Of a DNA stretch of 64,000 nt, positions 51,154-60,032 are shown in pieces. The notes beneath the pieces are model-generated. The model was not told where the DNA came from, made no database searches, and saw only the letters and a program-made list of their open reading frames with translations. The number at the start of each line of letters is the position of its first letter. Position 1 is the first letter of the stretch. The DNA is from Gemmatimonadales bacterium (lineage in GTDB: Bacteria; Gemmatimonadota; Gemmatimonadetes; Gemmatimonadales; GWC2-71-9): contig JBDIWC010000004.1 in NCBI GenBank assembly GCA_039794085.1, forward strand, positions 64,095-128,094. Direction: 5' to 3'. Position numbers and translations under genes: made by a program.

Positions 51154-52208
51154 ACCGGCCCAACTTTTCGAGCGACAACCACGCCGGGGCGCATCCCGCC
51201 ATTCTCGAGGCGTTGGGGGAGGCCAACCGGGGGGCCGCCCCCGCCTACGGCGATGATCCGTGGACCGCCCGCGCCACCGCCAGGATTCGTGACCTGGTGC
51301 GGGCCGACGCGGAGGTGTTCTTCGTCTATGGGGGCACAGGGGCCAACGTGCTCGGTCTCCAGGCCATGACCCGTCCCCATCATGCCATCATCTGTGCCGA
51401 CTCCGCGCACATCGCGGTGGACGAGTGCGGTGCCCCCGAGCGGTTCACCGGCTGCAAGCTCATCACGGTGCCCACGCCGGAGGGCAAGCTCACGCCCGAC
51501 ATGCTTCGCCGGGTGGCGCGGGCCGAGCCGAGCCAGCACTGGAGCCTGCCGCGGGTCGTGTCGGTAAGCCAGCAGACCGAGTGTGGCACGCTGTATACGG
51601 TCGAGGAACTTGTGGCGCTGGCGGATCAGGCGCATGGGGAAGGGTGGCTGCTCCATCTCGATGGGGCGCGCCTGGCCAACGCGGCCGCGGCGCTCGACTG
51701 TCCCCTTGCCGCGCTCACCAGTGGCGCCGGGGTGGACGTGTTCTCCTTCGGAGGCACCAAGAACGGGCTCCTCTTCGGGGAGGCGGTGGTCTTTCTCCGG
51801 ACGGACCTGGCGAAGGAGTTTGCCCATGTCCGGAAACAGGGGATGCAGCTCGCCTCCAAGATGCGGTTCATCTCGGCACAGTTCGAGGCGCTGTTGCAGG
51901 ACGATCTCTGGAGACGGAATGCGGGGCACGCCAACGCCATGGCGGCCCGGCTGGAGCGGGGGATCGCCGGATGTCAGAACCTCCAGCTCAAGTGGACTCG
52001 GCAGGGGAACGCGCTCTTTCCGCTCCTCGCGCCCGAGGCGATGGAGGTGCTGCAGCGGGACTTTGTGTTCGAGGCCTGGAACCCGGCGGAATCGCTGGCG
52101 CGATGGATGACCTCCTGGTCCACGAGCCCCGAGGAGGTGGATCGGTTCGTGGCCGCGATCCGGGCGGTGTGTGCGACCGAGCCTCGGACGGGCGTCTCCG
52201 ACAGATAG
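51150..52208 (+). CDS. ltaE: Low-specificity L-threonine aldolase
   Basis: FSSDN, GGTGAN, HLDGARLANA, GGTKNG, QLASKMRF. Confidence 0.9.
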   Translation: MNRPNFSSDNHAGAHPAILEALGEANRGAAPAYGDDPWTARATARIRDLVRADAEVFFVYGGTGANVLGLQAMTRPHHAIICADSAHIAVDECGAPERFTGCKLITVPTPEGKLTPDMLRRVARAEPSQHWSLPRVVSVSQQTECGTLYTVEELVALADQAHGEGWLLHLDGARLANAAAALDCPLAALTSGAGVDVFSFGGTKNGLLFGEAVVFLRTDLAKEFAHVRKQGMQLASKMRFISAQFEALLQDDLWRRNAGHANAMAARLERGIAGCQNLQLKWTRQGNALFPLLAPEAMEVLQRDFVFEAWNPAESLARWMTSWSTSPEEVDRFVAAIRAVCATEPRTGVSDR

Positions 52209-52236
52209 TCTCGTACTGACGTGAAAGAGAGGTCGG

Positions 52237-53472
52237 ATGAGTGACAACGCGGGATCCCGTGCGCGGGTTCGTGCCTGGCGACATCGGATGGTCCGGGGAA
52301 TCCTGTCCCTCATGGTGGTCGCCGTGCCGACCCGGATCCGGGCTCAGGATTCCACCGCCGTACCCCTTCTCACCGGGGTGGTGGTCGACACCACCGGGGC
52401 CACGATCCCTCTGGCCCAGGTGATCGCCGTGGGGAACAAGAAGAAGATCCGGGGCCCCTTCCAGGTGGAGACCACTCCTCGGGGCCGTTTCGTCTTCCCC
52501 GAGATCGAAGAGGGCACCTACACCATCACCGTCCGGCGGATCGGCTATGTCCCGATTCAATACTCGGTGACCCTGGAGGAGGGTGAGCCCAAGTCGGTTC
52601 AGTTCGAGATGTTTCCGATGCCGCAACGTCTGGTGGATGTCGTGACCGAGGTGTCGCGCCTCCCGGGGGACCGGGAGACCGGTCGGGCGCCGCTGTTTCG
52701 GGGCATGGTGGTGGACCCCGACGGCAAGCCGATCGCCAACGCGGAGATCCTCGCCGGGGGATCCACCAATCGCACCCGGGGTCCCCGCCAGAGGGAAACG
52801 GGGGAGAATGGGATCTTCGCGTTCGAGGATGCGAGGGAAGGGAGCTACTTCATCACGGTTCGCCGCATCGGGTACGTCCCCATTCGTGTCGCGCTGAAGC
52901 TGGAGAAGGACACGCCCCGGATCGTGCGGTTCGAGATGCAGCCGATGCCGCAGGGCCTCCCCGACATCGTGGTGAATGCCACCCGGTTCGACGTGGCCCG
53001 GGTCACCAGGCGGGTGGGCGGTCACCTGGGGACCCTCCTCACCCGGGATGACATCAAGCGGCTGGCTCCGAACGAACTTGGCGAGGCCGCCGGGGAATAC
53101 CTCTGGAATGTTCATGCCGACACCTTCTTCGAGCCGGCCCTCGGTCTCGATGCCCCCCGGATGCGGGACGTCCGGTATGGGATCGGAGGCATCCAGACCC
53201 GGGCGGCGGCAAGCGCCTTCCGGGCCCGGGGGTTCGATTGCCCGCCGGTGATCTCGATCAACGGGGAGCGCCCGCGGGAAGGCTGGGCGCTCAACGATTT
53301 CGAGCCCGAGGATGTGGAGGCGATGGAGATCTACCGGAGCCGGGATACGACCAGGGCACGGCAACCGGTGCCCTTGGAGTTCTCCACTGACCCGCTCTAC
53401 CTCCGGAGCTGTGGGAGTCTGGTGGTGGTGTGGCTGAAGGCGGGCCGGGTGGTGGTTAACCTGGGGAAGTAG
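52237..53472 (+). CDS. Secreted protein with two carboxypeptidase-regulatory-like domains and a plug-like C-terminus
   Basis: Duplicated GxVVD..G..I..A / ITVRRIGYVPI; C-terminal PEDVEAMEIY..CGSLVVVWLK. Confidence 0.78.
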   Translation: MSDNAGSRARVRAWRHRMVRGILSLMVVAVPTRIRAQDSTAVPLLTGVVVDTTGATIPLAQVIAVGNKKKIRGPFQVETTPRGRFVFPEIEEGTYTITVRRIGYVPIQYSVTLEEGEPKSVQFEMFPMPQRLVDVVTEVSRLPGDRETGRAPLFRGMVVDPDGKPIANAEILAGGSTNRTRGPRQRETGENGIFAFEDAREGSYFITVRRIGYVPIRVALKLEKDTPRIVRFEMQPMPQGLPDIVVNATRFDVARVTRRVGGHLGTLLTRDDIKRLAPNELGEAAGEYLWNVHADTFFEPALGLDAPRMRDVRYGIGGIQTRAAASAFRARGFDCPPVISINGERPREGWALNDFEPEDVEAMEIYRSRDTTRARQPVPLEFSTDPLYLRSCGSLVVVWLKAGRVVVNLGK

Positions 53473-53493
53473 GAGGCGTTCGGAAGGCCTCGA

Positions 53494-53632
53494 CCGCTCG
53501 CGGAGCGAGCGCTGACAATTACGCGTGGGCTGTGTACGGGCCGTTCGCGAACGGCTCGTACAGGGGTTGGCCTTGGTGCAGCGGGCCGAACGATTTGTGC
53601 ACCAACTGCCCGTACTCGAACACCTACGGGCA
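53494..53632. repeat. RAYT-flanking palindromic unit A
   Basis: CGCTCGC-GGA-GCGAGCG plus 30-nt palindrome 53533-53562 (one mismatch). Confidence 0.88.
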
Positions 53633-54157
53633 ATGGATCGGACCGGGGACAAAGACCTGCCCTCGCCTCTCCCATCGTTCCGGATTCGTGTCGATGTACT
53701 CCCGGATTGTCGCCAGCGCGTCTCCATTACGGATGATGTGGTCGAAGTAGCTGCGGTGCCAGAGGGGAGCCCCAGGTGAGCGCCGCAGGTAGTTGATCCG
53801 CTTGGTGGACACGGTCTTGAAGGCTCCGATCAGGCGACCGAGAGGTTTTCCCCGCACGGGAGTGGGCGTCCCCGGGATGATGTGGGGCGGGTGGAGAATG
53901 ATGATCCCATGTACATGGTTGGGCATGACGATGAAGGCATCCAGGGCGACGTGGGGATACTGCGATTCCAACCAGATCCAGGAGGATGCAGCAATCCGTC
54001 CGGCTTCGTTCAGGCAGACGATGCCACGGTGGACGGTACCGAAGATGCAGGCGCTGGCGCGCGTGCTGATCGTGACAAAGTAGGCTCCGGCTTGTGAGTA
54101 GTCATATCCTTTCAGACGGAGTCTCTTTCGGCGGGGAAGGAGTGGATCGTCGGTCAT
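53624..54157 (-). mobile_element. REP-associated tyrosine transposase (RAYT, IS200-like Y1 HUH)
   Basis: RKRLRLKGYDYSQAGAYFVTI, MPNHVHGII (HUH), LWHRSYFDHIIR, IREYIDTNP (Tyr). Confidence 0.92.
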
Positions 54158-54258
54158 GGCGGAATCCAGGCGTGATGGGGGACGGGGTGGTTTCGCCGTG
54201 ATATAGCGGAGATCCCTGAACGCGCCATGAACCACCTGGGGTTGTTTTTTCGTGCCCA

Positions 54259-54622
54259 CCGCTCGCGGAGCGAGCGCTGACAATTACGCGTGGGCTGTGT
54301 ACGGGCCGTTCGCGAACGGCCCGTACAGGGGTTGGCTTTGGTGCAGCGGGCCGTTCTCGAACGGCTCGCACAGGCTCAGGTTCGTGTGCTGCGGGGGGCT
54401 TCGGTGTCGACCCGTGGCGAGATGCGACCTGAGGCCACGATCCAAGCCGTGCCTGACGCAGGAATGGGATCCCTTGCATGGTCTGGGGAGCATGGACACT
54501 GATGCCCCCGCTCGCGGAGCGAGCGCTGGCAAGTACGCCTGGCCTTTGTACGGGCCGTTCGCGAACGGCCCGTACAGGGGTTGGCCTTGGTGCAGCGGGC
54601 CGTTCGCGAACGGCCCGCGCAA
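54259..54622. repeat. RAYT-flanking palindromic units B and C
   Basis: Direct copies at ~54259-54375 and ~54508-54622; perfect TGTACGGGCCGTTCGCGAACGGCCCGTACA at 54298-54327 and 54547-54576. Confidence 0.9.
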
Positions 54623-54637
54623 GGGGGGCCGTGATCC

Positions 54638-55054
54638 TCAGGCGTTGTCGGTGAGCCACTGGGCGGGTGTGGCTGCCCCGATCCGTTGGATCAACTCCTC
54701 ATCCCAGGTGATCAACGGCGCATTCACCAACTGTGCTGTGGCCGCGTAGAGGGCGTCGGCACCGCGCAGGAGATGAGCGGCCCCGATCTCCTGTGCCGTC
54801 GAGAGGCAGAGGTCGTTCATCGGATGCAGGAGGAGCATCGGGTGGGACCGCAGCCGGGTGTGGGCGAGCGTGCCCACCGCGGAATCTCTTGCCCGCCGGG
54901 CCAATGCGCACGCCACCTCCAAGGTCACAAAGGCGGGCCCATGCAGGCGGAGGTTCCTTTGGGCCACGGTGCGGAGAAAGACCACACTCGATTCATGAAA
55001 CCGGTCCTTCGGGTCGAACGCGGCGACCCAGATGTTCGCATCGAGCGTCAGCAC
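54638..55054 (-). CDS. vapC: PIN-domain toxin
   Basis: LDANIW, E, LRGADALYAA, LITWD. Confidence 0.88.
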   Translation of the reverse strand: MLTLDANIWVAAFDPKDRFHESSVVFLRTVAQRNLRLHGPAFVTLEVACALARRARDSAVGTLAHTRLRSHPMLLLHPMNDLCLSTAQEIGAAHLLRGADALYAATAQLVNAPLITWDEELIQRIGAATPAQWLTDNA

Positions 55055-55326
55055 GGGTCGGTGCGGTCCAGTCGGCCTCGATCGTCCGCCACGATCTCGG
55101 TGGCCGTCGGACCGTCGGGTGCCTCACGGAGTATGGTGTCGCCGAGCTCGGTCCAGTCATCCAGCCACTGCTCCGCGGAGGGGGCGGGCGGGGTCACGGT
55201 GGGTGGCTCCTGGAGCCAGCGCTGATAGAGCTCGATCGTGACTTCGCGCACCGCCAGGCCGAGCAGGGCCGACCGGGCCTTGACCTGCCGGTAGAGGTCG
55301 TCGGGGATGTTGGTCGTCACTTTCAT
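55048..55326 (-). CDS. Ribbon-helix-helix antitoxin
   Basis: MKVTTNIPDDLYRQVKARSA; overlaps the PIN gene. Confidence 0.8.
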   Translation of the reverse strand: MKVTTNIPDDLYRQVKARSALLGLAVREVTIELYQRWLQEPPTVTPPAPSAEQWLDDWTELGDTILREAPDGPTATEIVADDRGRLDRTDPC

Positions 55327-55368
55327 TTGTGGAGTTTAACCGGGTAGCTGTATTCCTGTCACCGCGCT

Positions 55369-55734
55369 TCAAGCACCTCGCCTCCGGGCCGAAGCGGCTT
55401 GCTTCTTGGGTACCGCCTTCCTCCGGGGCTTGGGGGTCGGCAACTCCGCCGCTGTGGCACGGATCAACCCGGTCATGAGCTCCCGGTCGTCGAGCTGGTC
55501 GGAAACCAGAAAGTGGGGCTTGGCTCCCGGGTAGGGCGGCGCCTCGACCAGGGTCCCGAGCAGGGCTCTCCCCGCCAGGGTGGGTTTCACGAAGAACTGG
55601 TTGTCGCACACCAGGCCGACGACCTTGCCGTCCAGGTAGACGGCGAACTCGCCGAACATCGCGCGGTGTGAGATCCCACCCGCGCCCCGGATCTGGTCAC
55701 AGACGTATTCGACAAAATCGATGTCCGACGCCAT
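55369..55734 (-). CDS. TfoX/Sxy N-terminal domain protein
   Basis: RAMFGEFAVYLDGKVVGLVCDNQFFVKPT, PYPGAKP. Confidence 0.87.
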   Translation of the reverse strand: MASDIDFVEYVCDQIRGAGGISHRAMFGEFAVYLDGKVVGLVCDNQFFVKPTLAGRALLGTLVEAPPYPGAKPHFLVSDQLDDRELMTGLIRATAAELPTPKPRRKAVPKKQAASARRRGA

Positions 55735-55978
55735 CGATCACCTCTCTGAGAAGAGTCCAATCAATTGACGAGACGACCTGATGCCCGCCATTCTGCGCTC
55801 GCCGGAATCCATGTATCCCTGAAGTGGGAGGGGGTCTTGCTCGTGTATGTCGAGGTTCCTGCTGTTCTCCGGGCCACCCACTCCCTCTGTGTTGATGGGC
55901 GGGATCTGTCGTGCCCCTCCTCGTAGGACCTTGGCAATCTACGGAATAACGTTTCCATTGCCCACCCAGGCACGGAGA

Positions 55979-56050
55979 TTCGTTCGTGGCTTTCGTGTAT
56001 TTCGTGGTCCCCTGGGGGTGCTCTCTGTGTCATCTGCGTCATCTGTGGCT
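55979..56050. repeat. Nonamer repeats (TTTCGTG and ATCTGYG types)
   Basis: ttcgtggct ttcgtgtat ttcgtggtc; tctgtgtca tctgcgtca tctgtggct. Confidence 0.7.
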
Positions 56051-56082
56051 TCCGTTCATCCCGCAGAATACAGGAGACCGAG

Positions 56083-56595
56083 TCAGTGTGCGCATCGGGT
56101 GCCATCGATCATGGTGCCCTCCAGCACCGAATCCCGGCGGGCCGTGAAGAAGGTGCTCACCTGCCTTCGGTCGACCCAGGCGTCGATGTGCCCGCGGAGG
56201 AGCCCATCGGGAGTCTCGGTCATCCGGACCGTGCCCGAGTCGGCGTAACCGAGGGGACGCGGCGGATCCTCGACCGAGAGGAGAAAGGGGCCCGGGACCG
56301 AGTCGGGTGGGGCCGACCTGCGGAACGCCTCGACGGCGCGGGAGGGAAGAAGGGGATGCCGCCCGCGAAACGGAAACCCCACCGGGTGCAGCGTCAGGCT
56401 GGTGCGGGGCAGCGTGGTGGTCAGCAGGAAGAGGTGGATCTCGTCCCGGCAACGGGCATAGACGGCGGTCCCGGTGAAGGGGAGGACCCGGCCCTCCATG
56501 AGACCGCTGAAATCTCCGGTTGGGGCTGGAGCAGGGATGGGTGCGACACTGCGGCAGGCTGGCACGAGCATCAGCAAAGCAAAGCAGATCCTCAC
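56083..56595 (-). CDS. Hypothetical lipoprotein
   Basis: GTG start, FALLMLVPAC lipobox-like; no family recognised. Confidence 0.55.
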   Translation of the reverse strand: MRICFALLMLVPACRSVAPIPAPAPTGDFSGLMEGRVLPFTGTAVYARCRDEIHLFLLTTTLPRTSLTLHPVGFPFRGRHPLLPSRAVEAFRRSAPPDSVPGPFLLSVEDPPRPLGYADSGTVRMTETPDGLLRGHIDAWVDRRQVSTFFTARRDSVLEGTMIDGTRCAH

Positions 56596-56615
56596 AGGTT
56601 GCGGGCCTCGCCCGG

Positions 56616-56909
56616 TCAGCGCGAACGCTTGCGCTTGGCCGACTTTCGCTTGGGCGACTGAACCTTTTCCCGCACCATCATCGCGGCTGATCCCGCCTCC
56701 CGGCCCTCCCGAATGAAATCGAGAATCTCGGCGAGCGTCACATCCGTTTCGACCGCGGGGACATCCAGAGGCGAGCGGGTCGTCCGGATGGGTTGCACCA
56801 GGAAGAGGCGCCCATCCCGTCGGCGGATCTGCACTTTGCCCTCTCGCGACGCATCCTCCAGAAGGCTCGCCAACTGCTGTCGCGCTTCGGTGTAGGTGTA
56901 GGTCTTCAT
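56616..56909 (-). CDS. Phd/YefM-type antitoxin
   Basis: MKTYTYTEARQQLASLLEDA..VQIRRRDG. Confidence 0.85.
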   Translation of the reverse strand: MKTYTYTEARQQLASLLEDASREGKVQIRRRDGRLFLVQPIRTTRSPLDVPAVETDVTLAEILDFIREGREAGSAAMMVREKVQSPKRKSAKRKRSR

Positions 56910-57304
56910 GCCGAAACCTCAATGAGTGAAATGCCGGCGGCCCGGGCCACGCGCCTCAACCCGAGGTCCAGGGTCAGGAGCGGTGCTCCGAGCTTCTGAC
57001 AGGCGGACATCATGTAGGCGTCGTAGGCATAAATGCGGTACGTGTCGGCCAGATCCAGGGCACCCTGAAGGTCCACTGGAATGGGCCGGATCGCGATGTG
57101 CTCAAATGCAGTCGCGGCGGCATGGGCGACGGAGAGAGGGAACCGTCCTCTCCTGAGCCCGCTGCTCAAGGCGTTTCCGATCTCCCAGGGCAGCGATGCC
57201 GGGGCACAGAGTGCTACTCCCCTCGTGGCCGCCAGAACTCCTTCCCGATGCGCCTCCGCGAGGAGAACCGCGAGGAGGGCAGAAGCATCAACAACGATCT
57301 GCAT
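56906..57304 (-). CDS. vapC: PIN-domain toxin
   Basis: VVDASALL, WEIGNAL, IYAYDAY, LLTLD. Confidence 0.88.
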   Translation of the reverse strand: MQIVVDASALLAVLLAEAHREGVLAATRGVALCAPASLPWEIGNALSSGLRRGRFPLSVAHAAATAFEHIAIRPIPVDLQGALDLADTYRIYAYDAYMMSACQKLGAPLLTLDLGLRRVARAAGISLIEVSA

Positions 57305-57315
57305 GGGCTGTCCCG

Positions 57316-57327
57316 TGTACATGTACA
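57316..57327. promoter_or_regulatory. Putative TA operator
   Basis: TGTACATGTACA palindrome 11 nt upstream of the vapC start, followed by GGTACA. Confidence 0.55.
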
Positions 57328-57397
57328 GTGGTACAATACATCAGGAAACACGAAACGGCCAGAGCCAGATGCGGTTTATGAAAGATTTCACAAGCAA

Positions 57398-58303
57398 TCA
57401 CCATGCCCGGACCAGCCCCGGCATCTCCCGCCCCTGAATCGCCGCCCGGAACCGCCTCGCCGCCCCGGGGAGTCTCGGACCGGCGCGCGACGTCCAGGTG
57501 TTCCCGTCCATCACCCAGACCGGCAACCGGCGCAGGAGGCGCGCCGCCTCACCGTCTCCCACTTCCTTCAGAAACCCGTCCAGCTCCCTCACCGACCGCT
57601 CCACCCCGAAGCCGCAGAGCAGGATCACGACCAGGTCCGGCTCGAGGGCCGCGACGTCACACCACTCTCTCCGTGCCGACTGCGTTCCCGGGTTCGCGCC
57701 CACATCGAGGCCACCGGATGCCGCGATGAGTTCCGGTACCCAGTGTCCCGCCAGGTAGAGAGGATCGAGCCACTCGATGGCCAACACACGCGGAGGGGGA
57801 AGGGGTGCTCCCATTCCTGCATGCTTCATCCGGCACCTCATTCCCAGGACCAGCTCCTCGGCGTCGTCCGCCAGGTCGAGAAGAGCGCCGAGACGGGTGA
57901 TGTCCTCCAGCACACCGGCGACCGAGGTGCCCGTCATGGTGAAGGTGGCGGGCGACGGATGGAGCAGATCGGCGACGCGATGCACCTGACCGTCTCCCAC
58001 AGCACACACATCGCACAGAGCCTGGGTGACGAGAAGATCGGGCCGGAGTTCCAGCAACCGCCCCGCCTCGAGTGCCACGACCGGCTGGCCGGTCTCCATC
58101 AGACGCCGAACCTCGGCGTCGATGAGCGATCCCGCCTGGCTCACATCAATCGGGCTCGTGGTCACCCGCGGAAGTAATTTGACCCACGGAGGATGATCAC
58201 ATTCGTGGGAGACGCCCACCAGCCGCCCTCCCGCGCCGAGGGCTGCGATGATCTCGGTGGCCCCGGGGAGGAGGGAGACGATACGCTGCGGCGATGCGGT
58301 CAT
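57398..58303 (-). CDS. BtuF/TroA-like substrate-binding fold protein
   Basis: RIVSLLPGATEI, GVSHECDHP, TQALCDVC, EWLDP..GHWVPE; no signal peptide. Confidence 0.85.
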   Translation of the reverse strand: MTASPQRIVSLLPGATEIIAALGAGGRLVGVSHECDHPPWVKLLPRVTTSPIDVSQAGSLIDAEVRRLMETGQPVVALEAGRLLELRPDLLVTQALCDVCAVGDGQVHRVADLLHPSPATFTMTGTSVAGVLEDITRLGALLDLADDAEELVLGMRCRMKHAGMGAPLPPPRVLAIEWLDPLYLAGHWVPELIAASGGLDVGANPGTQSARREWCDVAALEPDLVVILLCGFGVERSVRELDGFLKEVGDGEAARLLRRLPVWVMDGNTWTSRAGPRLPGAARRFRAAIQGREMPGLVRAW

Positions 58304-58312
58304 GATCTCCGA

Positions 58313-59242
58313 TCAGGGCAGGAGGCTCCGCAGCACGAACCAGACGTTGGCGGGCCGCTCGGCGAGCCGCCGCATGTACCAGGGGAACCAGGCCTCGCCA
58401 TAGCTGATGAGCGTCTTGACCGGGACACCCTCCCCCGCCAGGTGACGCTGGGCCTCGCTCCGGATGCCGTAGAGCATGTGCACCTCGAAGGCGTCCGGGG
58501 TGAGTCCGAGGTCCCGTCCCCGGGCGCGGAGGCGGGCCACGAGATCCAGATCATGAGTGCCGAACACCACCCTGATTCCCCCCCCCTCCCGGGTTGCCTT
58601 CAGCATCGACACCCCGACGTCGAAATACTGCCGGTCCACGTCGCGCTTCCGCGGGATCGCCACGTCGGGTGGTTCCCGGTAGGCGCCCTTCACGAGCCGG
58701 ATGGTGGGGTGAAGTGGCAGGAGCGACGCCACGTCGGCTGGTGTCCGATGCAGATAGGCCTGAATCGCGATGCCGAGCGTCGGGAAGTCGGGTTGGCAAC
58801 GACGGTAGAGCGCCAGGGTGGCATCGACGTAACTCGAATCCTCCATGTCGATCCAGAGCACCGACCCGACCGCCGCCGCGCGCTCGGCGATGTCCCGCAC
58901 GTGGGCCTCACAGGCCGTTGCGTCAAAATCGAGGCCGAGCTGGGTGAGTTTGATGGAGACTTCCGAAGGGAGGGTCCGGTCCCGAATGGCATCCAGCACG
59001 TCGAGGTAGTGATCGCACACCGCGGTGGCCTCGGCGGGTTCGGTGACGTTCTCGCCGAGCCGGGTCAGCAGGGTTCCGAGTCCGGCGGTGGCGAGGTCGC
59101 GCGCGGCGTGGAGGGCGTCCTCGATCCGCTCACCCGGCATGAAGCGGCGGACCGCCCGGCGCGCGAGGGTGCGGCGGGTGGCCTGGTCCGCGAGCCAGGG
59201 GCTCCGGGAGGCACGGAGGAGAAGGGTTCGGGCAAGGCTCAT
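58313..59242 (-). CDS. Monofunctional proline dehydrogenase
   Basis: SIKLTQLG, IDMED, QAYLHRT, RLVKGAY, THD, YMRRLAERPAN. Confidence 0.93.
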   Translation of the reverse strand: MSLARTLLLRASRSPWLADQATRRTLARRAVRRFMPGERIEDALHAARDLATAGLGTLLTRLGENVTEPAEATAVCDHYLDVLDAIRDRTLPSEVSIKLTQLGLDFDATACEAHVRDIAERAAAVGSVLWIDMEDSSYVDATLALYRRCQPDFPTLGIAIQAYLHRTPADVASLLPLHPTIRLVKGAYREPPDVAIPRKRDVDRQYFDVGVSMLKATREGGGIRVVFGTHDLDLVARLRARGRDLGLTPDAFEVHMLYGIRSEAQRHLAGEGVPVKTLISYGEAWFPWYMRRLAERPANVWFVLRSLLP

Positions 59243-59426
59243 CGAGGCATCAACGTGTGGTGAGGGTCATCTCCCGGCGAACCGGGAGGGGGTCATCGTG
59301 GCCATCGGAAGGAGAAAGAGCGGGACACAGATGCCCGGCATCCAGGTGTCGCCCGTGAGCCAGTAGATCGCGGCCTGGATCACCCGCCGAACGCGCTGCC
59401 GTTCTGCCGGGAGCCCCGGTCAATCA

Positions 59427-59642
59427 TCAGGCCAGATGGAGACGTCGGCCCTTGGGTTCTGGAACCAGCCGACCGGTTTCCGTGGCGGTATCGATCCACA
59501 ACGCGATCGCCTCACCGCTGCTCGAGAGAGCGGTCGCGGGAGTATCGCCGTGGGCCACGCATCCGGGTAGCTCCGGGACCTCGGCAACAAACGCCTCGTC
59601 TTCGTCGCTCCAGTAGATGATGATCTCGTATTTGTGCGTCAT
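59427..59642 (-). CDS. hicB: HicB antitoxin (short form)
   Basis: WSDEDEAFVAEVPELPGCVAHGDT..PEPKG. Confidence 0.9.
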   Translation of the reverse strand: MTHKYEIIIYWSDEDEAFVAEVPELPGCVAHGDTPATALSSSGEAIALWIDTATETGRLVPEPKGRRLHLA

Positions 59643-59893
59643 TCGGTGCCTCCCGTGCCGTACTTTGCGATGATGGCACGCACCTGCCTCACCTGGTACG
59701 GCTTCGCGTTGCTTCCGGACCGCTGCACGTTGATCAGCTCCTCGATCCCAAGCTTGAAAAATATGTGGTGGCTGCCTCGGACCCTCTCTTCAAATCCGAG
59801 ATGCAGGAGAAGGCTGCGGAGATCATCGAAGCCGATATTCGCGTCACGCCCGCCGCGGAGAACCTTGAGGAGGGTCTTCTCAGGCCTGGCCAT
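59639..59893 (-). CDS. hicA: HicA toxin
   Basis: LGFEERVRGSHHIF..AKPYQVRQV. Confidence 0.9.
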   Translation of the reverse strand: MARPEKTLLKVLRGGRDANIGFDDLRSLLLHLGFEERVRGSHHIFFKLGIEELINVQRSGSNAKPYQVRQVRAIIAKYGTGGTE

Positions 59894-60032
59894 CCCACGA
59901 ATCTACCACAACGAACGGCTCCCGCACAGCCTCATGCTGAGGCGCCACTGCCGCCGCGGAACTCGAGGATGGACCAGGGGACGATGACGGAGAGGAGTCC
60001 GGTCTCGGCATGGGTGCCGGGTGGAAGGGTGT

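Noticed and set aside
53494..54622. CRISPR array
   Set aside because: Spacing is irregular, spacers are themselves repeated, there are no cas genes, and a RAYT lies between copies.
59267..59420. Minus-strand frame VIQAAIYWLTGDTWMPGICVPLFLLP
   Set aside because: Looks like a membrane-protein fragment but has no convincing start or recognisable family.
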